Origin: Candidatus Cloacimonadales bacterium
Lineage (GTDB): Bacteria > Cloacimonadota > Cloacimonadia > Cloacimonadales > JAIOQZ01
Reading direction: 5' to 3'
Assembly (NCBI GenBank): GCA_963662655.2
Contig: CAXXTU010000002.1
Span: 3,104,001-3,168,000 of the forward strand
Length of the DNA: 64,000 nt
The notes beneath the pieces were generated by a model. That model ran no database searches. It worked only from the letters and a program-made list of their open reading frames with translations, and was not told the origin of the DNA. Below, one piece after another: positions 19,530 through 29,042 of this stretch (position 1 is its first letter; every line of letters starts with the position of its first letter). Both the position numbers and the translations under genes were made by a program.

Positions 19530-21526
19530 AGAAGGTTTTTATCAGCGCATGCGATATCGTAACCGGCCTCGGAAGCGGATTGGATTATAACTTCCGCAAG
19601 TTGATGGCCGGGGAGACTGCCATCGACGCGATCGGTCATTTCGATACCGGGCGTTTGCTTTTCCACAAGGCTTCCGTCGCGAAGCACGTTCGCGAGAGAA
19701 ATCCCGAGAGCGTTACCCTCGCGCTGGCGCTGGAGGCAGTCCGCGATCTGCCGGAACTCCCGCGAGACACGATGGTCATCTGGGCCGGCGTGAAGAGCGA
19801 TGCCGAGTACGTTGAGGCCGAGGCAGCGTACGGGTCCAACATCCCATATCTTCCCGAGCATTACATCGAAGCCTTACAAACGAAACTGAATCTTTCGGGC
19901 GATCACCTGAGCTGCAACGCGGCCTGCGCGGCATCGACCGTGGCAATATCGCTGGCGGCACAGATGATCTCCTCGGGACAGCGAAACAGCGTGCTGGTCG
20001 TCGCTGCCGATCTGGCGAGTCGCTTCACCCATACGGGATTTTCTGCGCTGCGAGCGCTTTCGCCCACCGATTGCCGTCCCTTTGACGAGAATCGCGATGG
20101 TTTGTGCCTCGGTGACGGAGCCGTTGCCATCTGGATGACCGACGGGACCGAATATCCCAGGCTGGCTGAAATCGCCGGCTGGGGTGTCGCCAACGATGCG
20201 AATCACATTACCGGACCCGCCCGGGACGGATGCGGTCTGATCGCGGCCATCGAGCAAGCTCTGCGAATGAGCGATACCGGTTGCGACAGCGTGGAAGCCT
20301 TCTGCGCGCACGGTACCGGAACAGTCTACAACGACGCAATGGAACTTACTGCCATCGAGACTGTCTTCGGCGACAGGAAATTCCCCGTCTTCGGTATAAA
20401 GGGTGCCATCGGGCACACCATGGGCGCAGCGGGAGCCATAGAAGTCGCGCTATGTACAAAGATTCTGGAAGGTGAACGCATTCCTCCCACCTGCGGAGTT
20501 CTCAATCTGGAGCCTCGCGCCGTTGAACGCGTCAGTTACCTCGCACAGACTTTCCCGGGACATAACATTCTTACCACCAATTCCGGTTTCGGTGGCGTGA
20601 ACGCGGCAATCATCCTGAAGCATACCGACGCGGATAAGCCGCTCGACAGAGATTCACAAAGCGATTGGCCGGATACCAACGCAGGCGCTCAAACGAATCG
20701 AGACTCCAGTACTCCCTGTCATCCTGAGCTATCTCAACCAGACATAAATTCTCCCTGTCATCCTGAGCTCCCTTTTCCCTGTCATCCTGAGCGGAGTCGA
20801 AGGACAGGCCCCGGAGCGTTACACCTCCGCGTCCTCGGCGGAAGCTGGATCAGCGCAGCCGCCCCCGCCATGCTGAATCAGGCATCTTCCTTCGAGTTCA
20901 TCGATGGCGAACTTCAGCTCCCACCGGCGCGTGGACTCTTCACGCCTCCGCTGGTTCGCTACGGGCGTTTCGACCCCTACACGAAGACCGGCCTGGCTGC
21001 GATGGCGCTCGCCTTGAAGGATGCCGGACTCGACGAGTTCGATGAAAAACGCGACATCGGCGTAATCCTCTCCACCCATTGGGAAAGCCTGGATACGGAT
21101 CGGAAGTATCACGAGACGACTCTCGCCGACGGCGGTATCGCCTCGAGCCCCAACCTGTTCTCCTATACCTTGCCGAACGTGGTGATTGGCGAATGCGCCG
21201 CTTACTACAAGCTGATGGGACCCACCTTCACCGTGAATGAAACCGGTGACCGCGGCGGAGCCGCCCTGAAGCCTGCTCTCGACATGATCGAGGCGGGACT
21301 GAGCGGCACGATTGTAGTCGGCTGGCTCGATAGTCCGCCGGAATCCATGCTGACCGGGGTGCAAACGTTACCCCAGCGCGGCGCTCTGTATATTGTTTTC
21401 CAGCGCGCGGCGCATGACGAAAAATACGATTATCAATATATAAACGGTTTCCTGAGCGATCCTGATGGAGGGACGTTCTCCAGCTTGACGGCAATCGCTC
21501 GCGATCAAATCCAAAAAAAAGGCTGA
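19526..21526 (+). CDS. Fused ketosynthase (KS3) and chain-length-factor-like domain, with a repeat-derived linker
   Basis: KS with 'AACAAS', 'AHGTGT', 'GHTMGAAG', 'NSGFGG'. Linker with PCHPE x3. Then a Cys-less KS-N-like domain ('GRFDPYTK', 'SPNLFSYTLPN'). True start is the ATG at 19526 overlapping the thioesterase stop. Confidence 0.88.
   Translation: MKKVFISACDIVTGLGSGLDYNFRKLMAGETAIDAIGHFDTGRLLFHKASVAKHVRERNPESVTLALALEAVRDLPELPRDTMVIWAGVKSDAEYVEAEAAYGSNIPYLPEHYIEALQTKLNLSGDHLSCNAACAASTVAISLAAQMISSGQRNSVLVVAADLASRFTHTGFSALRALSPTDCRPFDENRDGLCLGDGAVAIWMTDGTEYPRLAEIAGWGVANDANHITGPARDGCGLIAAIEQALRMSDTGCDSVEAFCAHGTGTVYNDAMELTAIETVFGDRKFPVFGIKGAIGHTMGAAGAIEVALCTKILEGERIPPTCGVLNLEPRAVERVSYLAQTFPGHNILTTNSGFGGVNAAIILKHTDADKPLDRDSQSDWPDTNAGAQTNRDSSTPCHPELSQPDINSPCHPELPFPCHPERSRRTGPGALHLRVLGGSWISAAAPAMLNQASSFEFIDGELQLPPARGLFTPPLVRYGRFDPYTKTGLAAMALALKDAGLDEFDEKRDIGVILSTHWESLDTDRKYHETTLADGGIASSPNLFSYTLPNVVIGECAAYYKLMGPTFTVNETGDRGGAALKPALDMIEAGLSGTIVVGWLDSPPESMLTGVQTLPQRGALYIVFQRAAHDEKYDYQYINGFLSDPDGGTFSSLTAIARDQIQKKG
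20714..20808 (+). repeat. Family C REP-like repeat, three in-frame copies of CCCTGTCATCCTGAGC inside the KS-CLF gene
   Basis: Copies start at 20714, 20753 and 20777 (offsets 39 and 24 nt). The last continues GGAGTCGAAGGACAGG and matches the intergenic copy at 31291. Confidence 0.88.
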
Positions 21527-21530
21527 CACG

Positions 21531-22796
21531 ATGAAATTTAAACTGATATATCCAAAATGGCGAAAGCTCGAGATGCAAACGCCCTTCTTCCTGCCGCCGC
21601 ACGGACCCGTGGTTATGGCTGCGGCAGTTCCGGCGGATGTAGAGATCGAATTTGTGGACGACAATGTGCAGGACTTACAGCTTGAAGACAGCCCAGACCT
21701 TGTCGGGCTCTCCATTATGCTCACCGCGCAGCTTCCACGCGCGTTTGAAATCGCCCGGCACTATCGCGAGCGCGGTATTCCGGTGATGGCCGGTGGAATC
21801 TCGGCGAACCTCCACTCCGAAGAGGTGAGGCAGCACGTGGACAGCATCTTCCTTGGCGAGTCCGAAGGTAGACTGGAGCAGGTCTTCGACGACCTGCGAA
21901 ACGGCGAACTCAAGCCGCTTTACGACTACCATCTCAATTTCCCGCCGATAGAATCCGTCGGTACGGCGAAGAGGGATATCCTCGATCACAGCAAGTACGT
22001 CTATCGCGGAACCAAGATGCTCGACCTCGTTCACGCCTCGCGCGGATGCAGGTTCAACTGCTTCCCATGCTGTACGCCATACCTCGGGGGACGCCAGTTC
22101 CGTCCGCGCCCCATCGAGACGGTGATCAAGGAAATGCGGGAGATCGACAACAACCGCATGTTTATCGTGGATAACTCGCTGGCGCAGGACACGAACTGGG
22201 AGAGGGATCTCTTCAAGGCGATGATCCCGCTCAAGAAGAAGTTTGTGAGCCATCCGATCGAGCGAAACGATGAAATCCTCGAGCTGGCTTATCAGGCCGG
22301 CGCGTGGTATGTGTATCAGGCCGTATTCGATACTTCCGATTTCATTCGCGAAACAATCCGCATGTACAAGGATCACGGTATCGGCATCGAAGGAACCATC
22401 ATCCTGGGAACCGACGATCAGGACGAGGACTACATCAAGCGCCTGGTCGATTTCCTGCTGGAAGTGGAACTCGACACCGCGGAATTCACCATCCTGACAC
22501 CGTTCATGCACACGCCGATCCGCGCGCAGCTCGAAAAGGAAGGACGCCTCTTCTCCAGCAACTGGGAAGACTACACCTGCGACCGTGTGGTGTTCCAGCC
22601 CAAGAAGATGACGCCGTCCAAGCTGCAAGAGATGTACTACTACGCCTGGGAAACATTCTACCAGGACGAAACCCAGGAGCTCAAGATGGGTAAGCTCTTC
22701 CACAAGCTGATGCAGCGTGAACTCGCCGACGGAACGTACATAGCGCCGGATATGTCTCGCAGACGCAGAAGGGTACCGCGTGAATCGACCAATTGA
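21531..22796 (+). CDS. Cobalamin-binding radical SAM protein 1
   Basis: N-terminal B12-binding domain ('PDLVGLS', 'VMAGG', 'GESE'); 'SRGCRFNCFPC' CxxxCxxC. Confidence 0.92.
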   Translation: MKFKLIYPKWRKLEMQTPFFLPPHGPVVMAAAVPADVEIEFVDDNVQDLQLEDSPDLVGLSIMLTAQLPRAFEIARHYRERGIPVMAGGISANLHSEEVRQHVDSIFLGESEGRLEQVFDDLRNGELKPLYDYHLNFPPIESVGTAKRDILDHSKYVYRGTKMLDLVHASRGCRFNCFPCCTPYLGGRQFRPRPIETVIKEMREIDNNRMFIVDNSLAQDTNWERDLFKAMIPLKKKFVSHPIERNDEILELAYQAGAWYVYQAVFDTSDFIRETIRMYKDHGIGIEGTIILGTDDQDEDYIKRLVDFLLEVELDTAEFTILTPFMHTPIRAQLEKEGRLFSSNWEDYTCDRVVFQPKKMTPSKLQEMYYYAWETFYQDETQELKMGKLFHKLMQRELADGTYIAPDMSRRRRRVPRESTN

Positions 22797-22800
22797 CCCC

Positions 22801-24153
22801 ATGCATAAAATTTTACTCCTTTCCTGTAATACGACGCAAGAGCCCTATCCGGTGTATCCACTGGGTATGGCCATGATCTCGCACGCAGCGCGCAGAGCCG
22901 GATACGAGGTTTTCCAGCGCGACGTCCTGGTCAACGAGAACTGGCAGCAGGAGATCGTCGATCTGCTCGACCGGGAAGACCTCCTGATGGTTGGGTTGTC
23001 AATCCGCAACATCGATGACGTGAACTACTGCAAAGGGGACGTGTATTTCCGGCAGTACCGCGATATCGTGCGTTTCCTGCGGGAGCACACTGATCTGCCG
23101 ATCGTAATGGGCGGTTCGGCCTACTCGATCTTTCCAAAGCAGATGCTGGATGTATGCAAAGCGGATTACGGCATCGTTGGAGAAGGGGAGAAGCTGTTCG
23201 TTCAACTGGCCGACGCGCTGAAAGACGGCAATCCACCCGCTGAAAGAATCCTGCGCGAAAGCGATTACATCCCGCCGCAGGAATTGATCCCCACCGAACG
23301 CGATGACGCGCTTGCAGCCTATTACATCAATAGAGGCGGTATGCTCAGCGTTCAGAGCAAGCGCGGGTGTCCGCATCGCTGCTTGTACTGCTCCTACCCG
23401 ACGCTGGAGGGAACGAGGTATCGCTTCCGTTCCCCGAAGGACGTTGTGGACGAAATCGATCTGCTCAAGGAAAAATACAACGCCGACTACCTTTCTTTCA
23501 CCGATTCGGTGTTCAATGACGTACAGGGCAAGTACCTGGAGATCGCGAAAGAGCTGGTCAGGCGGGGAAACAAGACGCCCTGGATGGCCTTCTTTCGCCC
23601 ATCCGATTTCACCGAGGAAGAGGTGCTTCTGCTTAAAGAATCTGGCCTGCACGCGGTGGAATGGGGTACCGACGCCACCAGCGACACGACCCTTGCGGGG
23701 CTCCAGAAAGGATTCTCCTGGAAGCAGGTGCAGCACTCGAACAGGCTCTTTGTCGAAGCCGGGGTCGCGAACGCGCATTTCGCGGTGTTCGGAGGCCCGG
23801 GGGAAACGCCGGAGACGGTCGAGGAAGGCATCCGTAATCTGGAAAGCCTCGAAAACTGCGTCGTTTTCGCTTCCATTGGCATCCGTGTATTTCCCGATAC
23901 GCCGATATGGGGGCAGCTGATCGAGTCAGGCGAGGTCAAGCCGGAGGATAATCTGCTGGAACCCTGGTGGTACTTCTCGCCGCATGTCGATAAGGAATGG
24001 CTTCATCAGCGTTTGCTGAAAGCCTTCGGGGATCGTCGCGATCGCGTGTATCCGGACGGCGAGCAGCTCGACATGATCAAGGCGTTTCACACCATGGGTT
24101 ACCGCGGTCCCGTTTGGAATATGATCCTCGCGAAAAAAAGCACCAGGCGGTAA
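22801..24153 (+). CDS. Cobalamin-binding radical SAM protein 2, lipid-biosynthesis ('ladderane-island') type
   Basis: 'EPYPVYPLG', 'GLSIRNIDD', 'ADYGIVGEGE', 'KRGCPHRCLYCSYP..EG', 'FTDSVFN'. Confidence 0.9.
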   Translation: MHKILLLSCNTTQEPYPVYPLGMAMISHAARRAGYEVFQRDVLVNENWQQEIVDLLDREDLLMVGLSIRNIDDVNYCKGDVYFRQYRDIVRFLREHTDLPIVMGGSAYSIFPKQMLDVCKADYGIVGEGEKLFVQLADALKDGNPPAERILRESDYIPPQELIPTERDDALAAYYINRGGMLSVQSKRGCPHRCLYCSYPTLEGTRYRFRSPKDVVDEIDLLKEKYNADYLSFTDSVFNDVQGKYLEIAKELVRRGNKTPWMAFFRPSDFTEEEVLLLKESGLHAVEWGTDATSDTTLAGLQKGFSWKQVQHSNRLFVEAGVANAHFAVFGGPGETPETVEEGIRNLESLENCVVFASIGIRVFPDTPIWGQLIESGEVKPEDNLLEPWWYFSPHVDKEWLHQRLLKAFGDRRDRVYPDGEQLDMIKAFHTMGYRGPVWNMILAKKSTRR

Positions 24154-24156
24154 CGA

Positions 24157-25602
24157 ATGAATCCCAAAGCTCTTTATTTGATACACCCGCTGGGCGAGAA
24201 CTGGATGCCCGGCGAGATCGATATGTCTCGCGTGGCCAACATCATGCCTCCGCTGGGACTTTGCAGCATTTCCGCCTGGATGGAAAAGCATGGCTGGAAA
24301 ACGGAAATCTACGATTGCTATGCCTTTCCGGGCGACGACAAGCGTCTTTTTCAGCCAAATCCTGCGCGATAGACCGGCCTGGATCGGTTTCAGCACAACC
24401 ACGTCGAGTTTCCCGGACGCGATTCGTCTGGCGAACCACTGCCGGGATATCCTCCCCGAGGCGAGCATCGTTTTCGGAGGCGTGCATGTCTCCGCATTGC
24501 GAGAGCAGCTCATGCGGGATTATCCCGTGATCGATTATTGCGTTGTGGGAGAAGGCGAGCAAACGCTCCTCGAGCTGATGAATCGGGAGGCTCCGGTCTT
24601 TCAGAAATCCAGGGCTTGATCTGGCGCAATGGCGACGAGGTGGTTTTCAACGGGCATCGCGAGAAACTCCTCGAGCTGGATTCGCTCCCCATTCCGGCCT
24701 ACCACAAGCTGCACGATTTTCCCAACGCGTACATGCTCCCCATCTTCAATTATCCCAAAGCGCCCGGAACCACCATCATCACCAGTCGTGGCTGCCCGTT
24801 CCGGTGCTCTTATTGCGACCGCAGCGTATTCATGAGCTCGTATCGATATAATTCTGCGGATTACATTCTGGAGATGATGCGCTACCTGAACAAGACCTAC
24901 GGTATGCGTCACGTTAACATCTACGACGACACATTCACCTTGCAGCGCAAGCGCATCGAGGAATTCTGCGAGAAGAAGATCGCCTCCGGACTCAAGATGA
25001 CTTTCAACTGCGCCGCCCGTGCGGAGCAGGTCGATCCCGAGCTTCTTCGCATGATGAAGAAGGCGGGGTGCTGGATGATCAGTCTGGGCATCGAAACCGG
25101 CGATCCCGAACTCCTGAAGAAGCATCGCTACTACGGCGGCAAGAAGCCTGACGACGCACTGGACATGAATCGCAAGGCGGTGGAGATGATCCGCAAGGCC
25201 GGTATCCGCGCGAAAGGACTCTTCATGCTTGGGCTTCCCGGTGAAACAGAGGAGAGCGTTGAGCGCAGCATCAAGTATGTGCTGAGCCTTCCGCTGGATG
25301 ATTTCAACCTCTCCAAGTTCACGCCGTTCCCCGGGTCTCCCGCGTATCAGACGATTCGCGAGTACGGTGAATTCGACGAGAACTGGGCGCTGATGAACGC
25401 GCTGAACTTCGTCTTCGTGGCGAAAGGCTTCACCAAAGAACGCCTGGAGGAGCGGCACCGCGAATTTTATCGCCGGTACTACCAGCGTCATCGCGTCATG
25501 ATGAATTACGTCACCATGCTGTGGAAATCGCCGGATAGCTGGCGCAGATTCCTCAAGGACCTGCCGCTGTTCCTCCGGTTCCGAAAGCAATACGAAAAGT
25601 AA
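24157..25602 (+). pseudogene. Cobalamin-binding radical SAM protein 3, broken by two compensating frameshifts (pseudogene or assembly error)
   Basis: Split over ORFs 24157-24372, 24290-24619 and 24538-25602. Removing one T from the T5 at 24347-24351 and adding one base near 24580 gives one continuous protein containing 'SRGCPFRCSYC'. Confidence 0.85.
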
Positions 25603-25603
25603 G

Positions 25604-26833
25604 ATGTCCGGGATAAACATTCTGATCGTCATTCCGGTGTTCAACAACCGGACAACCATTCGCGATGTTGCAAAGCGCGCTTTGGCAACGGGCTATCCTG
25701 TACTTGTGGTCAACGACGGCTGCACCGATGGCAGCGTGGATGCACTGAGTGGGATCGAGGAAGAGAGAAGTCGAAGGACGGCACCGGCAGGCAGGATGGC
25801 TGCGATCCAACTCCACCAAACCGGCTTCTCGCAAAACCGCGGAAAGGGAGCCGCTATCATGGAAGGTTGTCGTTGGGCGACGGAGCACGGATACACGCAC
25901 ATCCTCACCATCGATGCCGACGGACAGCACCATCCTGAGGAAATCCCCCAATTCGTGAAGGCAGCGAACGAGTTTCCGCTATCTATCGTGATCGGCACTC
26001 GCGATTTCGACAGCGACGCCGTCCCGGGCTCCAGCAAGTTCGGTAGAAAGTTCTCCAACTTCTGGATTCGCGTATGCACCGGGCAGTCGGTTTCCGACAG
26101 CCAGAGCGGCTATCGCGTTTATCCCGTTGAGGCTCTGCGATTGCTCAGGATCAAGGGGAAACGCTACAACTTTGAGGTGGAAGTGATCGTGCGCGGCATC
26201 TGGGCCGGGCTGGAGATCAGGGAAGTCCCAATCGCCGTCGAGTATAGCGAAAAGACCATCGAGGCGTCCCATTTTCATCCGTTCAAGGACAACGCCCGCA
26301 TCTCCATGACCTACACGCGGCTGGTCCTTCGCAATTTCGTTCCACTGCCGCATAAACTGCTCTTCGGCACGAGACAGAAGAACGCACTGAAGATTTATCT
26401 TACCAATCCGTGGAAGACCCTGAAGATGCTGTTCACCGAGAAGCTCGAGCCGCGAGAGCTTGCGCTCGCCGTGGGGACCGGTGTTCTGCTGGCGACACTG
26501 CCGCTCATCGGATTTCATGGTGTGGCGATTGTATTCGTGGCCACGCGAATGAAGGTAAATCGCCTGGTCGCGCTCAGCATGAATCATTTCTGCGGACCGC
26601 CATTCGTTCCGGCGCTATCCATACTTGTTGGGTACTATGTTCGCAACGGACAGTTCCTGACCCAATTCAATTGGGAAACGCTGGGACATCAGGCATTGCA
26701 GCGTGTCGGCGATTACATCGTCGGATCAACGATCCTCGGGCCCATCCTGGCTGTTCTGTCCGGGTTCGGGATTCTTGGTGCGACGTGGGCCTACCGGCGC
26801 GTATTCGGGAGGGGGAAGCATGTCCGAGCGTAA
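25604..26833 (+). CDS. Glycosyltransferase family 2 fused to a DUF2062 membrane domain
   Basis: 'VIPVFN', 'VNDGCTDG', 'NRGKGAA', 'TIDADGQH', 'DSQSGYRVY'; hydrophobic C-terminus 'PRELALAVGTG'. Confidence 0.9.
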   Translation: MSGINILIVIPVFNNRTTIRDVAKRALATGYPVLVVNDGCTDGSVDALSGIEEERSRRTAPAGRMAAIQLHQTGFSQNRGKGAAIMEGCRWATEHGYTHILTIDADGQHHPEEIPQFVKAANEFPLSIVIGTRDFDSDAVPGSSKFGRKFSNFWIRVCTGQSVSDSQSGYRVYPVEALRLLRIKGKRYNFEVEVIVRGIWAGLEIREVPIAVEYSEKTIEASHFHPFKDNARISMTYTRLVLRNFVPLPHKLLFGTRQKNALKIYLTNPWKTLKMLFTEKLEPRELALAVGTGVLLATLPLIGFHGVAIVFVATRMKVNRLVALSMNHFCGPPFVPALSILVGYYVRNGQFLTQFNWETLGHQALQRVGDYIVGSTILGPILAVLSGFGILGATWAYRRVFGRGKHVRA

Positions 26834-27725
26834 GGAATCACCCAACCACGGCGGGAAATTCGGTTACGGATTCTTCCATGTCCTCATCCGACTGGTAGGC
26901 CCGTATCCGGCGTATTTCTTCGCGGCGTTCCTGATCCCGTATTACCTGATGAAGGTGTGGTTCTCCTCATCGTCTCCGCGATTCTATCTGAAGAAAAGAT
27001 TCCCCGGTAAACCGGCGGTTGTCCGCTTCTTACTGGGTGGCAAATACCTTCATGAGTTCTCGAAGATTCTGATTGATCAGGCGTGCATGGGTATCCTCGG
27101 ACCGGGAAAATTCCGCATCGAATTCCCTTACTGGGAAGAGCTTTACGCCCTCTCGCAAGAGAAGGACGGCATGGTGCTGCTGACCACCCACTCGGGGACT
27201 TGGCTGGCTGCCATGGCTTCCATGAACCACCTGGACAAGCCGGTCAATTTCCTCCTGCGCGTTCAGGAGCACGACCGCGGTAAGTACTTCTTCGATCTGG
27301 CCAAGGAGAAGGGCATCAAGATTATCTCTCCGGACGGACTCTTCGGCGGCCTGGTGGAATCGGTCAATATGCTCAAGCAAGGCGAATGCGTGTCCATTAT
27401 GGGCGATCGCGCCTGGGGATCGCGCACACGAAAAAGCAGGTTCCTCGGTCACGAAGCGGCTTTCCCCATCACGCCCTACTATCTGACCGTCTCCAGCGAT
27501 GCGCGCCTGGTGATGTTCCTCACCGTACGTACCGGGTCTCTGGCTTTCCGCATCGATCACTACGTCCTCAACGACGAGATCGATCCCGCGCTGACACGCG
27601 ATGGAAAAATGGATGCGCTCTTCGAGCGATATGTTTACCATCTGGAAGAATACGTGAGCGCTTACCCGTTCATGTGGCTGAATTTCTTCGATTTCTGGAG
27701 CGACGACAAAGGCGCGAAGGAGTAA
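26820..27725 (+). CDS. LpxL/HtrB-like lipid acyltransferase (aryl-polyene cluster type)
   Basis: 'GMVLLTTHSGTW', 'VSIMGDR', 'FLGHEAAFP', 'YPFMWLNFFDFW'. Confidence 0.85.
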   Translation: MSERKESPNHGGKFGYGFFHVLIRLVGPYPAYFFAAFLIPYYLMKVWFSSSSPRFYLKKRFPGKPAVVRFLLGGKYLHEFSKILIDQACMGILGPGKFRIEFPYWEELYALSQEKDGMVLLTTHSGTWLAAMASMNHLDKPVNFLLRVQEHDRGKYFFDLAKEKGIKIISPDGLFGGLVESVNMLKQGECVSIMGDRAWGSRTRKSRFLGHEAAFPITPYYLTVSSDARLVMFLTVRTGSLAFRIDHYVLNDEIDPALTRDGKMDALFERYVYHLEEYVSAYPFMWLNFFDFWSDDKGAKE

Positions 27726-27727
27726 GA

Positions 27728-28291
27728 GTGAAAATTATCTACCTGCACGGATTCTGCTCGTCGGGACAAAGCTTCAAGGCGCGTGTACTGAGAGAAAACC
27801 TTCCCCGGCACGAGATTATCTCACCCGACTTACCCGATGCCCCCCTCGACGCGATTCGATTCATAGAGGACATGCTTTCCATAGGCCCCGATCTCATTAC
27901 CGGGTCCAGCCTGGGCGGGTTCTATTCGCTCTATTTCGGAATCGTGCACAAAATCCCCGCAGTAATGATCAATCCAGCCCTGGATCCGTGGGAGAAGCTC
28001 TCCTACGCGATCGGCATGCACAAGCGGCTTTACTCGGACAATCTCTTCGAATTCAGGATGGAATACATGGATCAGCTCAAGGAGATTGACCGGAGAATCA
28101 ACGAATCCACGTGTGACCAGAACCTTCTGCACTTCCTGCTCGCCACCGACGACGCGCTCTTCGATCACAATAAGGTGCCGCAGCGATACCCCGAAGCAGC
28201 CACGATCGAGTTTTTCGATGGGGTCGCGCATGATTTCATCGGCTTCGAGAAGACATTGCCGTATTATCAGAATATTGTAAAAAGCCTGTAG
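27728..28291 (+). CDS. YqiA/YcfP-family alpha/beta hydrolase (esterase)
   Basis: 'IYLHGF.SS..S.KA', 'GSSLGGFY', 'INPA'; GTG start. Confidence 0.88.
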   Translation: MKIIYLHGFCSSGQSFKARVLRENLPRHEIISPDLPDAPLDAIRFIEDMLSIGPDLITGSSLGGFYSLYFGIVHKIPAVMINPALDPWEKLSYAIGMHKRLYSDNLFEFRMEYMDQLKEIDRRINESTCDQNLLHFLLATDDALFDHNKVPQRYPEAATIEFFDGVAHDFIGFEKTLPYYQNIVKSL

Positions 28292-28685
28292 AAATAGGCA
28301 ATATCCTCCTGCACACTCTGTTCATATTCGTACAATATCCGTACGGCCTTCGACGCCTTTACAATACCTCGAAATCCTCAATCATCGGCTACCAAACGGA
28401 TTAGCCTTTTGGAACAAGGAATGCATCTATGATTGTCAGATCCTTTACTCTATCATTTGTTTATCAGGTTGCCTGCGTGGTCGTTGTGTCGGTAAATTTT
28501 TGAAGATCCTCCTCGACAATTTTCAGAAGCTTCAACCGACAATAATCCCCAATCCACCTAATCCCAAAAACGACGATCCGGAAAGGCAACCTTTTTTTTT
28601 CCGGCATCTCTGCTTAAAATTATCGATTTGATTGACAGTTCCAATGTCTATGCCATACAAAGACATTACGTTTGGGAGGATAATC

Positions 28686-29042
28686 ATGTTTGAACTGCCC
28701 TGGTTCATTATCACCGTAGTCGGATGTTTGCTTGTCGGTTTCTTCGTTACCATCTATCTCATGCGAAGAAAAGGCTACAAGCCAACACCGAACTACCGCG
28801 CGCTGTTTATCATCGGTATCGCGATCATCGTTGTCGGCATGAGCGGAAAGAACATTCCCTTGAGCGGTCTGGGGCTCATCTACATGGCCATCGGGCTTTT
28901 CAACCGCAAAAAATGGGGGGAACAAACCAAGTGGCGCGATCTTCCACCGGCGATGCGAAGGTTCAAGATAGGTATTATTATCGTGCTGGGATTGCTGGTC
29001 GTATTGGGCGTTGTATTCTATCTATTGCAGATGTACCATTAG
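28686..29042 (+). CDS. Small multi-pass membrane protein
   Basis: GGGAGGA RBS; four hydrophobic segments. Confidence 0.7.
   Translation: MFELPWFIITVVGCLLVGFFVTIYLMRRKGYKPTPNYRALFIIGIAIIVVGMSGKNIPLSGLGLIYMAIGLFNRKKWGEQTKWRDLPPAMRRFKIGIIIVLGLLVVLGVVFYLLQMYH

Noticed and set aside
28570..28612. Riboswitch upstream of the small membrane protein
   Set aside because: Only a simple CCGGAAA...TTTCCGG hairpin with a T run; no recognised aptamer consensus.
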